A stretch of DNA of 26,275 nt from the IMG/VR virus record IMGVR_UViG_3300037511_000161, positions 1 to 26,275 of that record; one strand, given 5' to 3'. Position numbers and translations under genes: made by a program. The notes below the pieces were generated by a model. The model was given only the letters and a program-made list of their open reading frames with translations, searched no databases and was not told the origin of the DNA. This DNA comes from a virus. Its lineage: Duplodnaviria; Caudoviricetes. This document shows positions 16,661 through 23,366 of this stretch, piece after piece. Each line of letters starts with the position of its first letter. The first letter of the stretch is position 1.

Positions 16661-17122
16661 ATGGCGTCAATACCCGCAACCTTCGTTGGGCAGGCTTACC
16701 TGTCCGGTGTTGGAGTCACTCCGCAAGCAGCAGTCAATATCACGCTTGTCGGCGAGTTGTTTTATTCTGGCGTCGGGGTAGGCGGCGGACCGCTGCCGGG
16801 CGGCCCCGGACTTGGGTTTTGGGGCGGTGTTTCGCCTCCGATGCCCGGCCACGACCTCCCGCCAGCAGGCGTCGGGATATGGCCCTCGCCGGGCCGGCCG
16901 GATCAGGGATTGCCGCCAAGCGGCGTGGGCGTGTGGCCGAGCCCTGGTCATCCCGACAATACATTGCCCGTGCCGCAGCCGCCGACCGAGCCGCCGGGGG
17001 GGTCCGGGGACGACAACGGGTTTATCAAGCCGCCGCAAGAGGGCCAGCCAAGCTGGAGTTTTCATGAACAGTACGGCTGGGGCTACTACCCGGGCGATAC
17101 AACGGCCGGGCCAAAAAAGTAG
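16661..17122 (+). CDS. Pro/Gly-rich repeat protein
   Basis: AAGGA SD, ATG at 16661, 153 aa. Repeats GVG[IV]WPSPG[RH]PD..LP; double TAG stop. Confidence 0.8.
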   Translation: MASIPATFVGQAYLSGVGVTPQAAVNITLVGELFYSGVGVGGGPLPGGPGLGFWGGVSPPMPGHDLPPAGVGIWPSPGRPDQGLPPSGVGVWPSPGHPDNTLPVPQPPTEPPGGSGDDNGFIKPPQEGQPSWSFHEQYGWGYYPGDTTAGPKK

Positions 17123-17125
17123 TAG

Positions 17126-17177
17126 AGCCGCCGGAGCCAGAGGCGCCGCCCTCGGGGCGACGCTCGCGGCGGCTTTT
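17126..17177 (+). terminator. Long hairpin with short U tract after the Pro-rich gene
   Basis: AGCCGCCG (17126-17133) pairs with CGGCGGCT (17167-17174), enclosing CGCCC-tcg-GGGCG, then a T run. Confidence 0.45.
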
Positions 17178-17204
17178 CGGACGTATGCGATCTGACTAGA
17201 CGAT

Positions 17205-17234
17205 AGCCCGGCGCTTAGCGGCGCCGGGTTTTTT
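17205..17234 (+). terminator. Rho-independent terminator
   Basis: GCCCGGCGC-ttagcg-GCGCCGGGT followed by a T run. Confidence 0.8.
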
Positions 17235-17246
17235 GTGAGGTGCGCT

Positions 17247-17429
17247 ATGCAGGCACTTGATACTCATCATGCGGTCGTGGATCTGAGCACGTATCAGGAG
17301 ATTGCCGGCGCACTGAGCGTAGACGTGGATGCGCGGCTTGTGCTTATTAAACGCAAGTTATCCGGCGGGGGCGATGAGGAGATTGTGCTGCACTACCCAA
17401 GCGGGGTGCGGGTCGTGAGGCGGCGATGA
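17247..17429 (+). CDS. Small hypothetical protein (60 aa)
   Basis: GAGGT SD, ATG at 17247; its stop overlaps the next start (ATGA). Confidence 0.6.
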   Translation: MQALDTHHAVVDLSTYQEIAGALSVDVDARLVLIKRKLSGGGDEEIVLHYPSGVRVVRRR

Positions 17430-17578
17430 GCCTTGTACTTATCATCCTGATCGTGCTTGTCATCCTCTCATTCGGCGGCGGCTGGTATGCCGGCCCGGCC
17501 TATTACTGGCCGGGCGGCATTGTGGGAATTATCTTGCTGGTGCTTTTGTTGTTTCTACTGTTTGGTTATCCGCGATAA
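17426..17578 (+). CDS. Small two-TM membrane protein, DUF3309-like (50 aa, not in ORF track)
   Basis: MSLVLIILIVLVILSFGGGWYAGPAYYWPGGIVGIILLVLLLFLLFGYPR: two hydrophobic helices around a G/W/Y loop. GAGG SD. Confidence 0.75.
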   Translation: MSLVLIILIVLVILSFGGGWYAGPAYYWPGGIVGIILLVLLLFLLFGYPR

Positions 17579-17730
17579 GCGACGGAGGCTATTTTGCCGA
17601 GCAAAACAAGGCGCCAAGCCCGCGCAATGCGAGCGGCCGCGCATAGCCGGAGCGTCTCAAAACGGCTAGGGATTCCGCAGCGCGTCGCTCGGGAGTTCGT
17701 CCGTTCGGACAAGCGCAAGGCCCGGCGGCG

Positions 17731-17901
17731 TTAGTCCGTTTCAGTGAGAGCAGCATCCAGCCGCTGGAGCACCGTGTCGAGGCGTTGGAGTATGGCGCCG
17801 TGCATGTGGAACTGATTGGCAAGACGCGCAATCTCCTTTTCAATGCTCTCTAGCCGCCCTTCGATGCGGGCGAGGCGATCTTCTATAGTGTCGATTGCCA
17901 T
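17731..17901 (-). CDS. Small coiled-coil protein (56 aa, not in ORF track)
   Basis: AGGAAG SD. MAIDTIEDRLARIEGRLESIEKEIARLANQFHMHGAILQRLDTVLQRLDAALTETD shows a clear heptad pattern. TAA at 17733-17731. Confidence 0.75.
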   Translation of the reverse strand: MAIDTIEDRLARIEGRLESIEKEIARLANQFHMHGAILQRLDTVLQRLDAALTETD

Positions 17902-17953
17902 GCAGTTCTGCTTCCTGTCGCGGCGGTAGCGTTAGGGTTGCTACCGATTGACA

Positions 17954-17983
17954 CACGTGAAACTTTCGCTTTCTGTTCACGTG
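17954..17983. promoter_or_regulatory. Inverted repeat enclosing a candidate alphaproteobacterial LexA box
   Basis: CACGTGAA-N14-TTCACGTG. On the - strand GAAC-AGAAAGC-GAAA (17978-17964) is one mismatch from GAAC-N7-GAAC. TTGACA lies adjacent at 17948-17953 (+). Confidence 0.4.
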
Positions 17984-17989
17984 GTCGTA

Positions 17990-18505
17990 TCAATCATCCC
18001 AAAGGCTTAGTTGCTGGGGGCGAGAGTTCTCGCCGATCGTGGCGTGATCGACCGTCCGCATCTTTGTGTGCTTTGTCAGGTTCACGCGCGCCGGCAGATA
18101 TTGCAGGTTCCAGGGCAGATGAAGCCCGGTTACGGGATAGCCCTCAACCGTAACGCCATCGAGCGGCACGATATGATCGACGTGCATCCCCTCGGGGCAT
18201 CGCTCATAGACGGCGGCCAGTTCGCCAGGATTTAGCCAAGGTGGAGTCCTCTCGCGCTCGCGCCTAGCGCGGTTGCGTCCATGTTCGAGTCGCTTTTCAG
18301 GATTGGCCGCCTGCCAAGCATGCACGCTTTCGAGAAATGGCTCCGGGTTTCGGGCATAGCGCAGCCGGTATCTCGCGAGGTCCTCTTCACTGCGCTCCCG
18401 TCTATATCGCTGCATCGACTCGCGTGTGCGGTCGCGCGCCTTCTGCGGGTTCTTCTGCCGATAGCGTCGGCAGGCGTCGATATTGGCAATACGGTTTCTA
18501 GCCAT
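17990..18505 (-). CDS. HNH endonuclease
   Basis: HVDHIVPL.G....V.GLHLPWNLQYL....NL.K after an Arg-rich helical N-terminus. Confidence 0.85.
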   Translation of the reverse strand: MARNRIANIDACRRYRQKNPQKARDRTRESMQRYRRERSEEDLARYRLRYARNPEPFLESVHAWQAANPEKRLEHGRNRARRERERTPPWLNPGELAAVYERCPEGMHVDHIVPLDGVTVEGYPVTGLHLPWNLQYLPARVNLTKHTKMRTVDHATIGENSRPQQLSLWDD

Positions 18506-19661
18506 CGCCTGCCTCGGCCGCTCTCAACTCCCGCTCACGATCGGCCAACGCCGATAACACGTCCTCTTTGGTTGCTCGGTCGAGGCCGTCGATGGCCTCA
18601 TTGGATGCGCGGAGCAGCTCGATTTCCTCCGCCGTGCGCGCCTCTCGGATGCGCGCGTGCATCCGTTGCTGAAATTCGCGGGGGTTTGCGGCTTCGACGA
18701 TCAGGTTCCGCTCGCTCCACCAAGCCTCATCCCTCAGGGGCGCGACCGGCAATCCGAACGCATCGACCGGCTCTCCGTCCGGCTCGGCAGCCTGCATCGC
18801 GGCGTCGGTCTGACGCGCGAGCCGGGTCAGTGTCCCGGCCGGCACAACCCGCCGGAGCGTTTCTTTTGCCGCGTCATCGAGACCGGCAAGGTAGGCGCGC
18901 AGCGCCTCGGAGCCGCGAGAGGACGCCGCGCGGGCGTCGCGCTCTAAGAGGCGCTCGTCGGCCGGCGGCTCCTGCGGCTCCTCCTCGCGCACCGCGGCGT
19001 GCGGCAGGCTGTGCTGCGGCGGGCGCACGCCGGCAAAGGCGTCCAGATCGGCGCGGGTGTCATGCGGCACTGGCGACGGCGGGTGGTCGGCCTGGGCCAT
19101 CTCCTCGTCGGCAAAGACATTGCCAAGTTCCAGAGGGAAAGCCTTGCGCAGCGCCAGAGCTTCGCCGCATTTGGCGATCATCACGTCCGGCATCTGCTTC
19201 CAGTTCCGCGAGAGTTCGCCCGAGCGGTTGCGCTGCGCATAGCTGTCAAACCTCGCGACGCCCCACAGCGGCTCGGTAAAGCCGTCGCGCAGCACGCCGA
19301 CTCTCGCCGCGGCCGGCGGCGTTTTGTCGGTCCACACATCGACCCATTTGCCCTCCGGCCCGCACCAGAACGGCCCAAGCTGGCCGCGATATTTGTTTGT
19401 CCGGTCCGCGATCAGCCGCAAACCGTCGATCGACGTCTGAAACGCCATGACCTCGCGCTTGAGATCATTATCCCACCGTCGGATGGCGTAGATTTGCTTG
19501 CTCAGAGGATCGAGGCCGGTACGCCGGGCTTGGTGCAAGAAAAGCTGTAGCTCGTCGTCGGACGCGCCCCGGCACACCGTTCTCTTTATCAGCTCGATCT
19601 GCTCGCGGTTATATTCCAGCGCCGGCGGATTGCCACGGCGATAGGCAACAATCTCACTCAA
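18498..19661 (-). CDS. bet: Phage recombination protein Bet (RecT/Red-beta family single-strand annealing protein)
   Basis: LFL..ARRTGLDP..KQIY.I.R, QTSIDG.R.IA.RT..Y.G, W..MP..MIAKC.EA.ALRKAFP. Adjacent to an exonuclease gene. Confidence 0.92.
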   Translation of the reverse strand: MSEIVAYRRGNPPALEYNREQIELIKRTVCRGASDDELQLFLHQARRTGLDPLSKQIYAIRRWDNDLKREVMAFQTSIDGLRLIADRTNKYRGQLGPFWCGPEGKWVDVWTDKTPPAAARVGVLRDGFTEPLWGVARFDSYAQRNRSGELSRNWKQMPDVMIAKCGEALALRKAFPLELGNVFADEEMAQADHPPSPVPHDTRADLDAFAGVRPPQHSLPHAAVREEEPQEPPADERLLERDARAASSRGSEALRAYLAGLDDAAKETLRRVVPAGTLTRLARQTDAAMQAAEPDGEPVDAFGLPVAPLRDEAWWSERNLIVEAANPREFQQRMHARIREARTAEEIELLRASNEAIDGLDRATKEDVLSALADRERELRAAEAGDG

Positions 19662-20538
19662 GGCTTATCTCCTTGATTTTGAGGGTGCGGACCTCAGCGG
19701 CCGGCACTGTGTACTCGCGGCGATGATGGCGGCGGAACGTTATATTCCAACCCGGCAACCATGCGGTACTTGCAGGTCCGATGCTGTTCTTGATTTTGTA
19801 TTCGGACTCGCCGAGCCGCTGCGTCAGCCGGCTAATTTCATTCTTTAGGTCTCGCCGCTCTTCGAGGAGCTGCCGCATCTCGGCATTGCCGCTCCAATCG
19901 AGCTGGCTGCCGTCGTCCAGCATCGCTTCAAGCTCGGCGGCGTCGGCTGGCGCGGCGAGAAGACCCTGGTCGTACTGCCGCCACCATGCGGCCGTCGCCT
20001 CGATGATGCGCTGCTCGGCGGCCGGGTGGCGCGGCACCGCGAACTCGTACACCGGGTGGTCGCCGGCTATGACCATCACGGCCAACACGCCGCGTGTGCG
20101 CCCGGTACACATCAATCCCGTCAGGAGCTGGAGCGTGTAGGCAAGCGGCGGTTGCCCGTGCCAGCGCTCCCAGATCTCCGGCCGCACGGTCTTACACTCG
20201 ATCAGCCCGTCGTCGTCCAGATATGCGTCGGGAGTCGCGCCAAGCCTGTGCTCGGGCAAAAAGTGATAATCGCGCGCGCGTTCGATGCGCCAATCGGGAT
20301 GCTCCTCGCGCAGCGCCTCGATCACCGCCGCTTCCAGTATCCGGCCCCTGCGCATCGCCGGCGTGTCGCCTTTTGTGCTCACGCCGCGCAATTCGCCGGC
20401 AAGCTGCTCCCTGCTCAGGTACGGGTGCGCGTCGAACAGCGCCCCGATACGCGAGGCCGTGACGTGGTATTTGCGCCAATTGAGCCAGGCGCTGATCCCC
20501 TCGATCGCGACATTCTCGCGGCGCAGACCGTCGCTCAA
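19654..20538 (-). CDS. YqaJ / lambda-exonuclease family recombination nuclease
   Basis: WL.WR...VTAS, MRRG..LE, LGATPD, IECKT, P..Y..Q. Likely TTG start at 20538 overlapping the upstream stop, after GAGGA. Confidence 0.88.
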   Translation of the reverse strand: MSDGLRRENVAIEGISAWLNWRKYHVTASRIGALFDAHPYLSREQLAGELRGVSTKGDTPAMRRGRILEAAVIEALREEHPDWRIERARDYHFLPEHRLGATPDAYLDDDGLIECKTVRPEIWERWHGQPPLAYTLQLLTGLMCTGRTRGVLAVMVIAGDHPVYEFAVPRHPAAEQRIIEATAAWWRQYDQGLLAAPADAAELEAMLDDGSQLDWSGNAEMRQLLEERRDLKNEISRLTQRLGESEYKIKNSIGPASTAWLPGWNITFRRHHRREYTVPAAEVRTLKIKEISLE

Positions 20539-21263
20539 CGCTGCGCGTCCTCGTACTCGCTCATAATGCGCGCGAGGCAATCCTGCTCCAGCTCGTCCAT
20601 GCGCGTCCGGTCTGGCTGTGCCTGCAGTGCCTCGACGCGCGCCTTGGCGGCGAGGTACTCATGCTCCGTTAGGGTGCGGTTGAGCGTCAGCAGCCGCATT
20701 AGTGCGGCCTGCCGCTCCTGCTCAACAGACAGCGCGGGCGGCTCATGCGCCATTTGCCAGCGCTCTGCCGCCTCCTGCGGTGTCACGAACTCGCGGATGC
20801 GGTGGCCCAGGGGCACGCCGGACGCGATCAACCGCATAAACCGCGCGTCGCGCTCGTGCAGGTCGGCACGCGCCAGGACAGTCTCCGGCGTCAGATCGCC
20901 GATCGGCTCGCCGTTCACCAGGAAACTGTCGAGGTAATTGCGGACCTCCATTTTGCGGCGCTCGTCCATATCCCGCACACGCTCGTGTGCCCAAGTATTC
21001 GCCTTCGCCTCCCGCGTTGGCTCTGGCGGCGCCTCCCGCTGCGTCGGCAAAGCGCCTTCTTCTTCAAGATCGGTCAGGTTGCTGTTCAAGAGCGCCCGCA
21101 GCGCGTACTCGCGATAGGTCGCGGTCAGCGCCCGTTCCAGGGCTGCATCGTCGGCCTCGATAATTTGCCGGTCGAGATGCGGCAGCGCGGCATTCACGTC
21201 GCCCGATGTCTGCAGCAAAATCTGCCGCGCCCACACGCGCAGCCGGTACGATTTATCAGCCAT
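20535..21263 (-). CDS. Hypothetical early protein
   Basis: 242 aa, helical; GGAG SD; coupled to the exonuclease gene. Confidence 0.7.
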   Translation of the reverse strand: MADKSYRLRVWARQILLQTSGDVNAALPHLDRQIIEADDAALERALTATYREYALRALLNSNLTDLEEEGALPTQREAPPEPTREAKANTWAHERVRDMDERRKMEVRNYLDSFLVNGEPIGDLTPETVLARADLHERDARFMRLIASGVPLGHRIREFVTPQEAAERWQMAHEPPALSVEQERQAALMRLLTLNRTLTEHEYLAAKARVEALQAQPDRTRMDELEQDCLARIMSEYEDAQR

Positions 21264-21299
21264 CGTTAAGTCCGCTCCCTCATATACATCTGCACCATA

Positions 21300-21746
21300 T
21301 TACCCACGTCGCCGAGCAAGGACATACAGCCTCCGAATCACGTCCTCTGATGTATGCCCGTCCCATTCCGGCGCGCGGTCGAGCGGTGTCGCAAAAAAGG
21401 CTTCGGTCCAAAGCCGCTCAGGCAGATGATATGTGATCTGTTCGCCCGGCAATGAGCAAATCCCCATTATAAACCAACCATCATAGGTCGAGCCGTCATG
21501 ATGCTGCCGACTACGCCAAATCGGAAAACCAATAAGCTCGCGACACAGAGCGATAAATAGCGCGTGTCGATGCTCATATAGTTCATCAAACGTATGATAA
21601 CCGTCGTTTCCAGATTTTGCGGCAGCGGTGAGCGCTTCGGCGATGTCCGCGCGATCCGACCACGATATTGCGGTGCGCTCACCGTGCGTAAAAAGCGACT
21701 CGGCTATATCCATATGGTGCGAGGTATATATTCTTTCTCTACTCAT
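21300..21746 (-). CDS. Conserved phage protein with DGYHTFxELY...WDGH motifs
   Basis: DGYHTFDELYEHRHALF, WRSRQHHDG, GWFIMGI, QITYHLP, WDGHT. Locally AT-richer. Confidence 0.8.
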   Translation of the reverse strand: MSRERIYTSHHMDIAESLFTHGERTAISWSDRADIAEALTAAAKSGNDGYHTFDELYEHRHALFIALCRELIGFPIWRSRQHHDGSTYDGWFIMGICSLPGEQITYHLPERLWTEAFFATPLDRAPEWDGHTSEDVIRRLYVLARRRG

Positions 21747-21988
21747 CGTTCATTTCGCTCCCGCACATACATTTCCACCAACTGCCGCACGCAATCGGCG
21801 TGCAGCGCGATCAGCTCCTCATGGATGCGCCGCTCCTCCTGGGGATCGCTGCAGCGGTGCCCGGCGATCCAGATCGCGCACAAATCGGCAATGACCGCAC
21901 CCTGCAATACCGACCCCTGGCCGGCGAGCAGCGGCTGGATGCGCAGCGTGATCGCGTCGGCCCGGGCAGAAAAACGGCGGGTAATCAC
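21743..21988 (-). CDS. Hypothetical protein (81 aa)
   Basis: Likely GTG start at 21988 overlapping the upstream stop (GTGA); its stop overlaps the next ATG. Confidence 0.6.
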   Translation of the reverse strand: MITRRFSARADAITLRIQPLLAGQGSVLQGAVIADLCAIWIAGHRCSDPQEERRIHEELIALHADCVRQLVEMYVRERNER

Positions 21989-22167
21989 GGCAGCGCCACC
22001 AGCAGGAGATACACAACCAGCGAAATCAGCGCCACGACGGCCGCCTCGCCAACACACAGGCGTGCCATCAGGCCGCGCGGGTACAGCGGCCAGTCGATCG
22101 CGTTGCTGGCGCCAAGGAGGCGGCGCTCTAGGCTGGGATAATCGGTCCTTCGACAGCCTTCCAGCAT
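21985..22167 (-). CDS. Small protein with C-terminal transmembrane helix; first gene of the leftward operon
   Basis: 60 aa, GAGG SD, C-terminal AAVVALISLVVYLLLVALP. Confidence 0.55.
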   Translation of the reverse strand: MLEGCRRTDYPSLERRLLGASNAIDWPLYPRGLMARLCVGEAAVVALISLVVYLLLVALP

Positions 22168-22215
22168 GGCGCCCTCGCGCGAGCTACGACTGCGCAGTGT
22201 GCCACCCGAAGCGCC

Positions 22216-22260
22216 GGTTTTCTAGAATTTAATCTTAATTCGTATCAAATTCGATATAGG
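22216..22260 (-). promoter_or_regulatory. Candidate leftward early promoter/operator (pL-like)
   Basis: AT-rich island. The - strand reads TTGATA-N18-TAGAAA. TTTTCTAGAATT resembles the palindrome before cro. Confidence 0.45.
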
Positions 22261-22271
22261 CTGCGAGCGGC

Positions 22272-22296
22272 GGAACCGAGCGGTTAGGATGCGGTT
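22272..22296 (+). promoter_or_regulatory. Candidate sigma-EcfG (SigT/RpoE2) promoter
   Basis: GGAAC (22272-22276)-N17-GTT (22294-22296), 55 nt upstream of ORF 22352, which has a strong TAAGGAGG SD. Confidence 0.55.
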
Positions 22297-22351
22297 GCAA
22301 CTGATACAGACAAGAAAAGCGGCTGAAATCGAGCGCTAAGGAGGCAACAGC

Positions 22352-22585
22352 GTGGCAACCGGAGACGCGATCTTCTGTCGGCCGATCTCGGAGGCGCCGG
22401 TCACGCCGGGGGTGGAGTATGGTCCCTGTCTGTTAGGGCCAGGTCTTCACGGCGAAGATTGGACGATCGGCCGGTGGAACGGCACCGCGTGGGCCGACAC
22501 CGACGGCATCCTGCTCGCGCCTCTCGTGTTTATGGATCTGGTGCCGCTGCGGGCGGTTCTGGCGTTGCTGAGCCGGCCTCGATGA
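22352..22585 (+). CDS. Small protein with DUF551-like pattern
   Basis: 77 aa, TAAGGAGG SD. RPISEAP...CLL...W.IGRW.G.AW...P..FM.L.P resembles the WxPIETAP...PTHWMPLP pattern. Overlaps the repressor 3' end by 56 nt. Confidence 0.6.
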   Translation: MATGDAIFCRPISEAPVTPGVEYGPCLLGPGLHGEDWTIGRWNGTAWADTDGILLAPLVFMDLVPLRAVLALLSRPR

Positions 22586-22967
22586 TGGACATAATAAGCC
22601 GCATGATGCGCTCGATCTCGGGGCTCTGCGTCGGCAAGGTCTGACCAAGCGAGAGATAAAGATGCGTCGCAACGTGGGCCAACAAAGCGAGCCGGCGTAA
22701 TGCTCCCGAATCGAACTGCGGCGCAGACGCGCCGGGGCTTTCGAACATAAGGACGCTCGGCTCGACGTGCAACGAGCGGGCAAGCGCAAAGATCGTACTG
22801 ATGTTGCGCCCCTTGCGCACGGTCTTGGTTAGCGTGTCATGCGCCAGACCGGCAGTGATGCACACCTCGTCAAGCGGCCGCCCCTGCATTTTGGCGAGCA
22901 ATGCCGCGCGAGCGCGGAACGCATCATCATCCCAGGCCAGCGCGTGCTTGCGTTCGGTCTTGTCCAT
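22530..22967 (-). CDS. CI-like XRE helix-turn-helix repressor without peptidase S24 domain
   Basis: L.EV...AGLA..TL......R.ISTI.ALA..L.V.PS.L.F; divergent from a cro-like gene; short helical C-terminus. Confidence 0.8.
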   Translation of the reverse strand: MDKTERKHALAWDDDAFRARAALLAKMQGRPLDEVCITAGLAHDTLTKTVRKGRNISTIFALARSLHVEPSVLMFESPGASAPQFDSGALRRLALLAHVATHLYLSLGQTLPTQSPEIERIMRLIMSIIEAGSATPEPPAAAPDP

Positions 22968-23002
22968 CAGAGCAGTTAACTAGCACAGATAGCGGTACTC
23001 CC

Positions 23003-23072
23003 GAAAATTTTCTGTATCACCGCGGCAAACTCTCGATTTACATCTGGGTCAATTTTCTCGAAAATTGTCGGC
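23003..23072. promoter_or_regulatory. Immunity operators and rightward promoter (oR/pR-like)
   Basis: Perfect inverted repeat CAATTTTC-tc-GAAAATTG (23050-23067), palindrome GAAAATTTTC (23003-23012), and TTTACA (23037-23042)-N17-GAAAAT. Confidence 0.65.
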
Positions 23073-23366
23073 ATGAGCCTCTCGGCCGACGATCTGCTGC
23101 GCCTGGCGCGCGCCTACAGCGACCATGTCGGCCGCTCGCTGGTCACGATCGGCGTCAAGGCGGCCAACAACGACAAGGTATTTACCCGCCTCGCCGCCGG
23201 CAAGACCTGCACCGTGCGCACGCTGGAGCGCGCCGCCTGCTGGCTCGCCGCGCACTGGCCGGCTGATCTCCCCTGGCCCGCCGACATCCCGATCCCTGCC
23301 CGGTCGCCATGCGACGGTGCCGCCAACGCCGGCATCAGGCGCTCCCCCGGCGCCGGGCGGGGATGA
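23073..23366 (+). CDS. Cro-like regulator
   Basis: 97 aa: LL.LA.AY...GRSL.TIG..AAN..KVF.RL.AG.TCT.RT.E....WL..HWP.DL.WP.DIP. First gene divergent from the repressor. Confidence 0.75.
   Translation: MSLSADDLLRLARAYSDHVGRSLVTIGVKAANNDKVFTRLAAGKTCTVRTLERAACWLAAHWPADLPWPADIPIPARSPCDGAANAGIRRSPGAGRG

Noticed and set aside
17636-17665. GCCGCGCATAG as the XerC arm of a dif-like integration site
   Set aside because: No TTATG-type XerD arm follows at the 6 nt spacing.
17457-17669. ORF-track Cys-rich 70 aa protein
   Set aside because: Shadow frame of the hydrophobic 50 aa gene at 17426..17578.
16125-17730. Absence of an endolysin after the tail genes as an anomaly
   Set aside because: Lambdoid lysis cassettes often lie upstream of the terminase, which is outside this window.
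17589-17843. ORF-track 84 aa minus-strand protein
   Set aside because: The overlapping frame 17731..17901 has an ATG, an SD and a clear coiled-coil pattern, so it is the better gene.
18281-21269. Long plus-strand ORFs opposite bet, the exonuclease and the 242 aa gene
   Set aside because: Arg/Ala/Pro-rich antisense frames expected in high-GC DNA, with no motifs.
17985-22248. Shared 9-mer TCGTATCAA at 17985-17993 and 22240-22248, upstream of two leftward units
   Set aside because: A single 9 nt match in 26 kb is compatible with chance, and the first copy overlaps the HNH stop codon.
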